Positions 15,652-24,000 of a DNA stretch of 24,000 nucleotides are shown here, in pieces (the first letter of the stretch is position 1; every line of letters begins with the position of its first letter). A program made the position numbers and the translations under genes. The stretch is from an uncultured Tissierellia bacterium (GTDB taxonomy: Bacteria > Bacillota > Clostridia > Tissierellales > Peptoniphilaceae). The stretch is taken from contig CAUVKI010000012.1 in the NCBI GenBank assembly GCA_963552605.1, positions 19,555 through 43,554 on the forward strand. The letters run 5' to 3'. A model generated the notes under the pieces. The model did not search any database, had not been told where the DNA came from, and was given only the letters and a program-made list of their open reading frames with translations.

Positions 15652-16457
15652 ACAATAAAGAAAAATTTGCGGCATTTATAAGGGAAAGAATAAAAGACAT
15701 TCCCGATGTTGCGGTGGTTTTGGGTTCAGGGCTTGGAGATTTATCTTCTGAAATTGAAGAACCCGTAATAATTCCATATGGAGAAATTCCCGATTATCCG
15801 CTCTCAAATGTTAAAGGACATAACGGGCGTTTTGTGTACGGAAAACTTTCCGGAAAAAAGGTTATTTGCGAGGACGGAAGACTTCATTACTATGAAGGAC
15901 ACAGCATGGAAAAAGTTGTCCTTCCGATAAGACTCTTCGGAGCTTTAGGAATAAAAAACTTAATTCTTTCAAATGCTTCGGGCGGAGTCAACAGAGATTT
16001 CAAGGCGGGGGATTTGATGATTATAAGAGATCATTTGAATTTCACCGGAATAAATCCTCTTGTGGGTGAGAACGACGATAGCATCGGTCCGAGATTTCCG
16101 GATTTGGGAGATGCCTACTGCGAAGAACTTAGAAATTTGGCAAAGAGAGCGGCTCAAAGGCTGGAAATAGATTATAGAGAAGGGGTTTATGCGTTTTTGA
16201 CGGGACCTTCCTATGAAACTCCCGCAGAGGTTTCGGCGATTCGCATTATGGGGGGAGATGCGGTCGGAATGAGTACGGTTCCCGAAGTGATAGTTGCAGT
16301 TCATCAGGGAATGAGGGTGCTTGGAATTTCCTCCATTTCAAATCTTGCCGCCGATTTATCGAAAACTCCTATAACGCACGATATGGTTTTGAAGGTTGCG
16401 GACAGTGTTAAAGCCAAGTTTGTACCTTTGGTTAAGGAAATAATAAGAGAGATTTAA
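15648..16457 (+). CDS. punA: Purine nucleoside phosphorylase (trimeric PNP-I type)
   Basis: Contains VLGSGLG, GHNGRFVYG, GRLHYYEG, and the MSTVPEV motif. Confidence 0.88.
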   Translation: MNNKEKFAAFIRERIKDIPDVAVVLGSGLGDLSSEIEEPVIIPYGEIPDYPLSNVKGHNGRFVYGKLSGKKVICEDGRLHYYEGHSMEKVVLPIRLFGALGIKNLILSNASGGVNRDFKAGDLMIIRDHLNFTGINPLVGENDDSIGPRFPDLGDAYCEELRNLAKRAAQRLEIDYREGVYAFLTGPSYETPAEVSAIRIMGGDAVGMSTVPEVIVAVHQGMRVLGISSISNLAADLSKTPITHDMVLKVADSVKAKFVPLVKEIIREI

Positions 16458-16471
16458 CATCGGAGTTTAAA

Positions 16472-17086
16472 ATGCCTGTTACAGCTAAAATTTTAGATTT
16501 TTTCCTTATGCTTCCCGCTCTTTATCTTGCGATTGTGCCGCACGAGCTTGCACACGGATTTGTGGCGAATAAATTGGGGGATCCGACTGCAAAAAATATG
16601 GGAAGGCTCACCTTAAATCCTCTAAGCCATTTTGACCCGCTCGGTTTTATGGCTCTTATATTTTTCAAATTCGGTTGGGCAAAACCCGTGCCCGTAGATC
16701 CCAACTACTTCAAAGATTATAAAAAAGGTATGAGGTATGTGGCGGCGGCAGGACCTTTGATGAATTTTTTAATAGCGGTTATTGCGGCACTGCTTCTCAG
16801 AGTCATCTATTACGCAGGTTTTAATCAGGAGATTATTTTTAGGATATTGCTCAATATAGTTCTATACAGCGTCGTGTTGGGAGTTTTTAATTTACTTCCT
16901 CTGCCTCCGCTTGACGGCTCAAAGGTTTTGCGTTCATTTCTGTCATATGAAACGGACGATTTTTTTATGAGAAACGAAAGAATTCTGTCCGTTATAACAA
17001 TGTTCCTGATTATAAGCGGACTTACAGGAAGAATTATATTTCCCATAACCAATTCCATTTTGCGGCATCTGCTCGGAGGAATATGA
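16472..17086 (+). CDS. Site-2 protease (M50) family membrane metalloprotease
   Basis: Contains the HELAHG zinc motif, multiple TM segments, and NLLPLPPLDG. Confidence 0.8.
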   Translation: MPVTAKILDFFLMLPALYLAIVPHELAHGFVANKLGDPTAKNMGRLTLNPLSHFDPLGFMALIFFKFGWAKPVPVDPNYFKDYKKGMRYVAAAGPLMNFLIAVIAALLLRVIYYAGFNQEIIFRILLNIVLYSVVLGVFNLLPLPPLDGSKVLRSFLSYETDDFFMRNERILSVITMFLIISGLTGRIIFPITNSILRHLLGGI

Positions 17087-17796
17087 TGGGCGGATATGAA
17101 ATCTCCATCCCCGCATATCAAGGTCCGATCGAAGTGCTTCTATCCTTAATCAACAAACATAAGATTGACATTTACGATATCCCTGTTGCAGAGCTTACGG
17201 ACGAATTTCTTCTGTATATTTCGGAAAATTCTATGGATTTGGATATGGCGACCGAATTTTTGGAAATGGCGTCCACTCTCTTGGAAGTTAAATCAAAGAT
17301 GTTATTATTCCATAAGAGTGATCCTGAAATTTCGGAAGACCCCAGAGAGAAGTTGGTGGAGCAGCTTCTGGAGTATAAGAAAATAAAAATGGCTGCGGGG
17401 GAGCTTAAGAAGTTGGATTTCATAAATTCCAAAATATTTTGTAAAGAACCGGAGGATTTCTCTGAGGTTTTGAAGATATCGGTCAACCCCCAAAAACTTC
17501 CTCAAGCATTAAACAGACTTATTCTAAAAACTGAGAATAAAAAACCGGCTGAAAAGCCGCTTTTCCGTGAAACTTATACGGTCGAGGATGCCATATCGGA
17601 TTTAATGAGTTTTACAAATGAAAAAAAGGAATTTGTTTTTAGCGAGATACCGAATGTATTCTGTTCTCCGCCCAAATTTTTCACTTTGTTTATGGCATTG
17701 CTTGAACTTGTGCGTCAGAAGAGAATTAAGGCAATGCAAAGCGTCCCCTATGGCGAGATAGTTGTCCGAGATGTGAGTGAAGAAAATGGAACTTAA
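17083..17796 (+). CDS. scpA: Segregation and condensation protein A
   Basis: The N-terminus reads YQGPIEVLLSLINKHKIDIYDIPVAELTDEFL, and scpB follows. Confidence 0.9.
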   Translation: MMGGYEISIPAYQGPIEVLLSLINKHKIDIYDIPVAELTDEFLLYISENSMDLDMATEFLEMASTLLEVKSKMLLFHKSDPEISEDPREKLVEQLLEYKKIKMAAGELKKLDFINSKIFCKEPEDFSEVLKISVNPQKLPQALNRLILKTENKKPAEKPLFRETYTVEDAISDLMSFTNEKKEFVFSEIPNVFCSPPKFFTLFMALLELVRQKRIKAMQSVPYGEIVVRDVSEENGT

Positions 17797-18310
17797 AAAC
17801 AGGATAGAGGCATTATTGTTCGCCTCGGGAGAAAAATTTAGTATAGAAGAACTTTCCCATATGCTTTCGAGTAATGTAAACGACATAGAAAAAGCCGCCT
17901 TGGAGCTTGCTGCGGATTATGAAACACACGCAATTTCTCTGAGAAGATTTGGAAATTATCTTAGACTTGCAACCAAACCTGAATATTTCGATACAATAAA
18001 AGTCATAACAGATATAAAAACTCCGAAGCTTCTAACGGATACTCAACTTGAGGCACTGTCGATAATTGCATACAGACAGCCCGTGGACAAACTTGAGATA
18101 GAAAAAATCAGGGGAGTGAGGAGTGAAAAGGTTATAAATTCTCTATTGGATAAAAAAATGATTGAGGAGATTAAAAGCGGAGAGTCGTTTCTCTACAAGA
18201 CGACTGATGAATTTTTGAGAGCTTTCGGCTTTAATTCCCTTTCGGATTTGCCCGATATAGGTTTTGTTAAGGAAAAAAAAGATGCGACTTCAGAAATTTC
18301 TCTCAAATAG
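17777..18310 (+). CDS. scpB: Segregation and condensation protein B
   Basis: Contains IEALLFASGE, LEALSIIAYRQPV and IRGV. The start is either GTG 17777 or ATG 17786. Confidence 0.88.
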   Translation: MKKMELKNRIEALLFASGEKFSIEELSHMLSSNVNDIEKAALELAADYETHAISLRRFGNYLRLATKPEYFDTIKVITDIKTPKLLTDTQLEALSIIAYRQPVDKLEIEKIRGVRSEKVINSLLDKKMIEEIKSGESFLYKTTDEFLRAFGFNSLSDLPDIGFVKEKKDATSEISLK

Positions 18311-18986
18311 CGGAATTGCCAGCCGAAGAAAATCCGAGGAGCTGATTTCCGAGGGAAGGGTTGCAGTTAACGGAACAGTAATCAGCGAAAAAGGTGTTAA
18401 GGTTTCGGAAAAAGATATTGTGTCGGTTGACGGAAAAATTGTAAGTTTAACTTCAAATAAGCTCTATATCATCTTTAATAAGCCGGTGGGAGTTATCACC
18501 ACCGTTTCTGACGATAGAGGAAGAAAAACCGTTATGGATTTTTTTAAAGGTATAGATGAAAGAATTTTTCCGGTGGGAAGACTTGATAAGGATACTTCGG
18601 GACTTTTGCTTTTGACAAATGACGGACTTTTAACCGAGAGGTTGACGCACCCCTCATTCGGCATAGAAAAGACTTATCTGGTAGATTGCAAAGGCTCTCT
18701 TAGCCGTGAAGATATGATGTCGATAAGAGAGGGGATTTTTATTGACGGAAAGAAAACTTCCAAGGCAAAACTGAAAAAAATCGCTGATGAAAAATATGAA
18801 ATCACTTTACACGAGGGAAGAAACAGAGAAGTGAGAAAACTTTTTTCCGCCGTTGGTCATAATGTGGTGTCGCTTAAACGGATAAGGTATGATTTTTTGA
18901 ACCTTAACGGTCTACCCGCGGGAAAATGGAGATTCTTAAAAAAAGAAGAAGCGGAGGGGTTGAAAAAAAGTTGCAAACTGTTGTAA
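18282..18986 (+). CDS. rluB: Pseudouridine synthase, RsuA/RluB family
   Basis: MRLQKFLSNSGIASRRKSEELI is an S4 domain, and the catalytic motif is GRLDKDTSGLLLLTNDG. ATG 18282 is preferred over the upstream TTG 18264. Confidence 0.88.
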   Translation: MRLQKFLSNSGIASRRKSEELISEGRVAVNGTVISEKGVKVSEKDIVSVDGKIVSLTSNKLYIIFNKPVGVITTVSDDRGRKTVMDFFKGIDERIFPVGRLDKDTSGLLLLTNDGLLTERLTHPSFGIEKTYLVDCKGSLSREDMMSIREGIFIDGKKTSKAKLKKIADEKYEITLHEGRNREVRKLFSAVGHNVVSLKRIRYDFLNLNGLPAGKWRFLKKEEAEGLKKSCKLL

Positions 18987-20206
18987 TAGGGGGGGGACCC
19001 GCAGGAATGATGGCTTCGATTGCCGCATCCGAACATTCGGAGGTTGAGCTTATCGAGCAAAACGAAAAACTCGGAAAAAAATTATACCTCACAGGTAAGG
19101 GAAGATGTAATATAACAAATGCCGAGCCCATTGAAAATTTTTTTTCCAAAATTCCTACCAATCCCAAGTTTCTTTATCACGCTTTTTCCGAATTTGATAA
19201 TAACGATTTGATTTCATTTATGAATTCTCATAAGCTTAAAACCAAAATTGAGCGAGGCGGCAGAGTCTTTCCCCTGTCGGATAAATCTTCAGATGTGATA
19301 AAAGCTCTTGAACTTGCACTTAAAGAATGCGGAGTGAAGATAAATTTAAATGAAAAAGTTCTTTCGATTAAGAATAACGGTAGGTTTTCGATAAAGACCT
19401 CTTTGAGAAACCTATGTGCGGATAGGGTCGTGCTTGCAAGCGGCGGGGTTTCGTACCCCTCGACAGGTTCTTCGGGAGACGGATATAAGTTTTTGAGAGA
19501 ACTGGGGGTGGAAATTGTCAAACCTCGTGTCGGATTAGCTCCTATACTTCTTAAAGACAGTTGGGTGGGAGAGCTTTCGGGGATAACGCTTAAAAATGTG
19601 AAGCTTACGGTTAGGGAAGTTCAAAAGACCAAGCCGATTTTTTCGGAAGTGGGAGAACTTCTCTTTACGCACACCGGAATTTCCGGTCCCCTTGTTTTGA
19701 AAGCAAGTTCGCTTATTAGAGGAGAGTGCTTGCTGACTTTGGATTTGAAACCTGCGATTGAAACGGATGAATTGGAGAATAGGCTGATTGAGGACTTATC
19801 CCTTAATAAAAATCAGAATATTGAAAATGCTTTGGAAAGGCTTACCGTAAGAAGACTTTTGCCTGTGATAATTGAACTTTCGGGAATTTCCAAAACGAAA
19901 AAAGCCAATCAGGTTTCAAAGGAGGAGCGCAAAGCTCTGGTCAGTTATATTAAAAAAATGCCTATTAATTTCAAAGAGCTTGCAGGGTTCAATGAGGCGA
20001 TTATAACAAGCGGCGGAGTTTCCGTTAAGGAAATCAATCCGAAAACTATGGAATTAAAAAAAATTCCCGGGCTTTATGTGGCAGGAGAGATAATTGACGT
20101 GGACGCATTCACCGGAGGATATAATCTGCAAATTGCTTTCTCCACCGGTTATACGGCAGGCGCGGGTATAGGAGGCGAAAATGAAAATAATAAGAGGTGC
20201 GATTGA
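18926..20206 (+). CDS. NAD(P)/FAD-dependent oxidoreductase, HI0933/BaiN-like flavoprotein
   Basis: Contains the dinucleotide fold VVIGGGPAGMMA, then GKGRCN and TSGGVS. The true start may be TTG 18971, which follows ggagggg, rather than ATG 18926. Confidence 0.8.
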   Translation: MEILKKRRSGGVEKKLQTVVIGGGPAGMMASIAASEHSEVELIEQNEKLGKKLYLTGKGRCNITNAEPIENFFSKIPTNPKFLYHAFSEFDNNDLISFMNSHKLKTKIERGGRVFPLSDKSSDVIKALELALKECGVKINLNEKVLSIKNNGRFSIKTSLRNLCADRVVLASGGVSYPSTGSSGDGYKFLRELGVEIVKPRVGLAPILLKDSWVGELSGITLKNVKLTVREVQKTKPIFSEVGELLFTHTGISGPLVLKASSLIRGECLLTLDLKPAIETDELENRLIEDLSLNKNQNIENALERLTVRRLLPVIIELSGISKTKKANQVSKEERKALVSYIKKMPINFKELAGFNEAIITSGGVSVKEINPKTMELKKIPGLYVAGEIIDVDAFTGGYNLQIAFSTGYTAGAGIGGENENNKRCD

Positions 20207-21173
20207 TGTTTCAAATAACGCTCAAGAAGCTATTGAGAGTGCGGCAAGAGAGCTGTTGAACGCCATAGTTGAAAGAAATGAATTACATAGAGAAGAAGTT
20301 GAGGGGATATTTTTTACTCTTACAAAAGATTTGACGGCGGCAAATCCTGCAAAAACCGCTCGTGAATTTACGAATGCATCGCTGATGTGCTTTCAGGAGG
20401 CTGACATTGAGGGCGGAATGGAGATGTGCTTAAGAGCGGCGGTATTTGCCGAAACGGATAAAAAAATCCCCGTCTACCTTGGGAATGCAAAACTTTTAAG
20501 ACCCGATTTGATTATTGACGGAAAAAAAATTCAAATTGCCGTGGACGGACCCGCAGGTTCGGGAAAAAGCACTATATCCAAGATAATCGCCGACAAATTA
20601 AATATAATCTATATTGACACGGGGGCGATGTATCGTGCGGTGACCTACGCCGCATTGAATAGAGAATTGGATTTACAGGATGAAGTTAAGATTTCTGAAT
20701 TGTCGGAGAGTTTGTCGATAGATTTCAGAGATAAGTCGATTTTTTTGGACGGCAAAAATATTGACAAAGAGATAAGAGAAAATATGGTGAGCAGAAATGT
20801 GTCTAAAGTTTCCGCATATGCTAGGGTGAGAAAAAGGCTTGTTGATTTGCAAAGGTTATTTTCGGAAAAAAAATCCGTGATAATGGACGGAAGAGATATA
20901 GGAACAGTTGTTTTTCCGAATGCGGATTTCAAATTCTATCTTGATGCCTCGGCGGAAATTCGAGGGAAGCGAAGATTTTTGGAACTTAGAGAAAAAGGTG
21001 AACATATCCCCCTTGAAAAAATCATTGAGGAGATAAAGACAAGGGATCTCTCGGACTCACAAAGAGAAAACTCTCCGCTTAGAAAAGCCGAGGACGCCAT
21101 TATTATAGATACCGGCGATATGACCGTTGAGGAAGTGGTAAGAGAGATAATAAAGAGAGTGGTTTATGTATAG
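20181..21173 (+). CDS. cmk: Fusion protein: AroH-type chorismate mutase (N-terminal) and cytidylate kinase (C-terminal)
   Basis: The N-terminal ~110 aa (MKIIRGAIDV..NPAKTAREF..LLRPDL) resemble monofunctional AroH. The remainder (IAVDGPAGSGKSTISK..IDTGAMYR..MDGRDIGT) is Cmk. The frame is continuous, with no internal SD or ATG. Confidence 0.85.
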   Translation: MKIIRGAIDVSNNAQEAIESAARELLNAIVERNELHREEVEGIFFTLTKDLTAANPAKTAREFTNASLMCFQEADIEGGMEMCLRAAVFAETDKKIPVYLGNAKLLRPDLIIDGKKIQIAVDGPAGSGKSTISKIIADKLNIIYIDTGAMYRAVTYAALNRELDLQDEVKISELSESLSIDFRDKSIFLDGKNIDKEIRENMVSRNVSKVSAYARVRKRLVDLQRLFSEKKSVIMDGRDIGTVVFPNADFKFYLDASAEIRGKRRFLELREKGEHIPLEKIIEEIKTRDLSDSQRENSPLRKAEDAIIIDTGDMTVEEVVREIIKRVVYV

Positions 21174-21744
21174 TTTTTTTAGAATTATTTTAAAAATTTT
21201 TGTGCTGCCGTTTTTTCGTATAGAGGTATCGGGGAATGTAAATATTCTAAATGACTATGAAAATATCTTGGTTTGCGCAAACCACAGCTCAAATTGGGAT
21301 CCTTTTTTTCTTTCGGGAATTTTCAATCGACAAATTTTTTGGCTTGCAAAGGCTGAATTATTTGAAAATCCTCTATTTAAAGTATTACTTAACGGGCTCG
21401 GAGCAATTCCCGTAAACCGACAAAAAAATGATCTCAAGGCTATAAAATCATCTATTCGCACCCTAAGAGACGGGAAAGTGCTTGGAATTTTTATTGAGGG
21501 AACGAGGGTTAAGGAAGAGGACGCAGGCAATGCAAAATCGGGGACGATTATGATTTCGCAAAAAACCGCTTCTCCCATAATTCCCGTAAAGATTTCCTCT
21601 TCTTATAAAATTTTCAAAAAAACCTTTGTGACGATAGGAGAACCCGTACCGCCGGTTGAAGACGGGAAAGATTATTCCGAACAGGCAAAACAGTTATGGC
21701 GAAATATTTACAGTTTGGACGAAAAGAGAATAAATAATGGTTAG
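21166..21744 (+). CDS. plsC: 1-acyl-sn-glycerol-3-phosphate acyltransferase
   Basis: Contains the NHSSNWDP (HX4D) motif and FIEGTR. Confidence 0.85.
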   Translation: MYSFFRIILKIFVLPFFRIEVSGNVNILNDYENILVCANHSSNWDPFFLSGIFNRQIFWLAKAELFENPLFKVLLNGLGAIPVNRQKNDLKAIKSSIRTLRDGKVLGIFIEGTRVKEEDAGNAKSGTIMISQKTASPIIPVKISSSYKIFKKTFVTIGEPVPPVEDGKDYSEQAKQLWRNIYSLDEKRINNG

Positions 21745-23689
21745 GGTGGCAAAAACTGCGGGATTTTGTTTCGGGGTAAGGCGTGCCGTCGAGCTTACAA
21801 AAAAAATCTCCGAGAAAACGGATCTTCCAATCTATATCTACGGAGATCTTGTTCATCACCCCGCTGTGGTGGATTATTTCTTAAAGAGAGGCTGTCGGAC
21901 TATATATGATTTGGAAGATTTTAAATCTTTACCCAAGGGAAGAGTGATAATAAGAGCTCACGGAGTTACGCCGAGAGAAGAAATGGAAATAAAAAAAAAG
22001 CATATGATTTTTGATTCGACCTGTGTATTTGTAAAAAGTATTCATAATAGTGTTGAAAATTTTTCAAAAAAAGGTTATAATGTGGTGATAGTGGGGGACT
22101 GTGAGCACCCTGAGGTCAAGGGAATAGCAGGGTGCGTTTCTTCTAAAGTTTACATTATTTCTTCTAAAGAGGAAGCTGTGGGAACTTCTTTTGAAGAACC
22201 TCTTTATTGTGTGGCTCAGACCACTTTTCGCAAAGAGAAGTTTGACGAAATAAAAGAGTCTTTGACTGAGAGATTTCCAAAGCTCATTTATAAAAACACC
22301 ATTTGCACGGCAACAACCGAAAGGCAAAATGAGTGTTTGGAGCTTTCGCTTAAGTCCGATGTTATGGTTGTGGTGGGCGGAAAGAACAGTTCAAATTCAA
22401 GAAAGCTTTTCGATATCGCAAAAGAAATTTCCAAAGAGGCTTATTTTGTTGAAAATGCAAGCGAGCTTTTAAGTTTTGGAATAAGATCCCCGAATATCGG
22501 AATTACGGCAGGTGCTTCCACGCCTGATGAAATAATTGAGGAGGTAGAGATGACTATGAATGAACAAAACGGAAACGAGATGAGCATGGAGGTGGTAGAC
22601 AATTCCTTTAGGAAAATTTTCAAGGGTGATGTCATTAAAGGGACTGTGTTGTATGTCAATGAAAATGAAGTGAGCGTGAATATCAACTATAAGTCGGACG
22701 GTATCATAGATAAAGACGAAATATCAAACGACCCTGTTGACCCTCGTGAATTGTTCCAACCGGGGCAGGAGATTGATGTCTATGTCCTGAAAGTGGACGA
22801 TGCGGAGGGAATGGTTACGCTCTCTTATAAAAAGGTCTTGGAAGGTCAGCAATGGGAGGAACTTGAGAAAAAGTTTGAAGAAAAATCCGATGTGCAGTGC
22901 AACGTGATTTCCCCGATTAAGGGAGGGTTGTCGGTATCCTGCAACGGTCTTAGGGGATTTATGCCCGCTTCTCAAGTAGAACTTAGCTATGTGGACGACT
23001 TTTCAAAATACAAGGGGCAGACTCTTACCTGTCGCATAATTGACTTTGATAAGGCAAAGAGAAGGCTGCTGGTTTCAAAAAAAGTGGTTGACAAAGAGCT
23101 TCGTGAGGCTAGACTTGAGGAATTGTGGAATTCCTTTGAGGAAGGTCAGATTATACACGGAAGAGTTGAAAGACTGGTTGATTTCGGCGCATTTGTAGAT
23201 GTGGGAGGAATTGACGGACTGGTTCATATTTCGGACTTGGCATGGAGGAGGGTGCGTAAGCCCTCGGACGTTGTGAAAGTCGGAGATGAGGTTGACACAA
23301 AGATCCTTGCGATAGATCGTGAGAGAAATCGTATATCCTTGGGAATAAAGCAAACTGTTGAGGAACCTTGGAAAGTGTTTATGAATAATAACCATGTCGG
23401 AGATGTGGTAGAGGGAAAAGTTGTGAGCCTCTTGGACTTCGGAGCTTTTGTGACACTTCAGAGCGGAGTGGACGGATTATTGCATATTTCTCAAATTTCC
23501 AAAGAACATATCGAAAAGCCTTCCGATGTACTTAAAGAGGGTCAATCCGTCTATGTGAAGATCACTGAGATAAATGAGGAGAAGAGAAAGATAAGTCTTT
23601 CGATACGCGCGATTAAACCCTTGCAGATGCCCGGTGCGGAAAGTGAGGAAAACGGCGAAGCTTGCCCTGTAGAAACTTCGGAAGAATAA
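21737..23689 (+). CDS. ispH: Bifunctional 4-hydroxy-3-methylbut-2-enyl diphosphate reductase / S1 RNA-binding protein
   Basis: The N-terminal ~280 aa are IspH (GFCFGVRRAV, AHGV, TICTATTERQ, GGKNSSNS). The C-terminal half carries four S1 repeats (GxVxxxxDFGAFV). This fusion is well known in Clostridia. Confidence 0.9.
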   Translation: MVRVAKTAGFCFGVRRAVELTKKISEKTDLPIYIYGDLVHHPAVVDYFLKRGCRTIYDLEDFKSLPKGRVIIRAHGVTPREEMEIKKKHMIFDSTCVFVKSIHNSVENFSKKGYNVVIVGDCEHPEVKGIAGCVSSKVYIISSKEEAVGTSFEEPLYCVAQTTFRKEKFDEIKESLTERFPKLIYKNTICTATTERQNECLELSLKSDVMVVVGGKNSSNSRKLFDIAKEISKEAYFVENASELLSFGIRSPNIGITAGASTPDEIIEEVEMTMNEQNGNEMSMEVVDNSFRKIFKGDVIKGTVLYVNENEVSVNINYKSDGIIDKDEISNDPVDPRELFQPGQEIDVYVLKVDDAEGMVTLSYKKVLEGQQWEELEKKFEEKSDVQCNVISPIKGGLSVSCNGLRGFMPASQVELSYVDDFSKYKGQTLTCRIIDFDKAKRRLLVSKKVVDKELREARLEELWNSFEEGQIIHGRVERLVDFGAFVDVGGIDGLVHISDLAWRRVRKPSDVVKVGDEVDTKILAIDRERNRISLGIKQTVEEPWKVFMNNNHVGDVVEGKVVSLLDFGAFVTLQSGVDGLLHISQISKEHIEKPSDVLKEGQSVYVKITEINEEKRKISLSIRAIKPLQMPGAESEENGEACPVETSEE

Positions 23690-23695
23690 CCGAAG

Positions 23696-24000
23696 ATGAA
23701 ATACGAAAAATTCAAAACCGATGTCAATCGTCTGATTCGGGTAGATCTCAATCTCTACAAAGAAAAACAGATGAAAAGGCGTCTCACATCTTTGCTTACC
23801 AGAAACGGATTTAAGGATTTTGACGATTACTTTGAAGAAGGTTTGAAAAAAAACAAGGATCTCCTCAATGAATTCATCAACTTTATGACCATCAACGTAT
23901 CGGAATTTTATAGAAATCCCCAGCAATGGCAAGTTTTGAAAGATACGGTCATTCCGGAATTAAGAAAAGAAAATTCCTCGGCATTAAAAGTCTGGAGTGC
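23696..24000 (+). CDS. CheR-family methyltransferase, 5' part (open at right edge)
   Basis: ATG at 23696, with the frame open to the window end. The translation is MKYEKFKTDVNRLIRVDLNLYKEKQMKRRLTSLLTRNGF..FMTINVSEFYRNPQQW, a CheR N-terminal pattern. Confidence 0.7.
   Translation, partial: MKYEKFKTDVNRLIRVDLNLYKEKQMKRRLTSLLTRNGFKDFDDYFEEGLKKNKDLLNEFINFMTINVSEFYRNPQQWQVLKDTVIPELRKENSSALKVWS

Noticed and set aside
23477-23932. 151-aa minus-strand ORF
   Set aside because: It is antisense to the end of ispH::S1 and the start of the CheR-like gene, both of which have clear homology-type signatures. It has no SD.

Overview
The window is a chromosomal segment of a low-GC Gram-positive anaerobe, judged Bacillota (Clostridia/Tissierellia-like) from gene content and fusions; no species call is possible. 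Conserved core genes, all on the + strand, make up most of it. They are the rpoB 3' end and rpoC (1-3934), efp plus a CD1247-like acidic protein (7506-8451), and a long housekeeping run (9539-24000). That run is asp23-nusB-xseA-xseB-ispA-tlyA-recN-NUDIX-PNP-M50 protease-scpA-scpB-rluB-flavoprotein-aroH::cmk-plsC-ispH::S1-cheR-like. An accessory, rearranged patch lies between rpoC and asp23 (about 3.94-9.52 kb). Its clearest system is a compact type III toxin-antitoxin (ToxIN/AbiQ-like) module at 8594-9371. This has a strong promoter, about 115 nt of short tandem RNA repeats, an intrinsic terminator, and a 185-aa ToxN-like ORF. The patch also holds a second, internally deleted copy of the rpoC 3' end with its own terminator (5391-6739). 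This copy forms 1.19-kb direct repeats that bracket a 2,741-bp unit. The unit's cargo is a translationally coupled minus-strand pair (secreted 132-aa protein and 2-TM 77-aa protein) with no family I recognise. A roughly 100-nt MITE-like element occurs three times (4011-4120, 6884-6982, 9404-9480). The middle copy splits an IS630-like HTH transposase ORF. No rRNA, tRNA or CRISPR array was seen. All homology calls come from reading the translations, not from searches.
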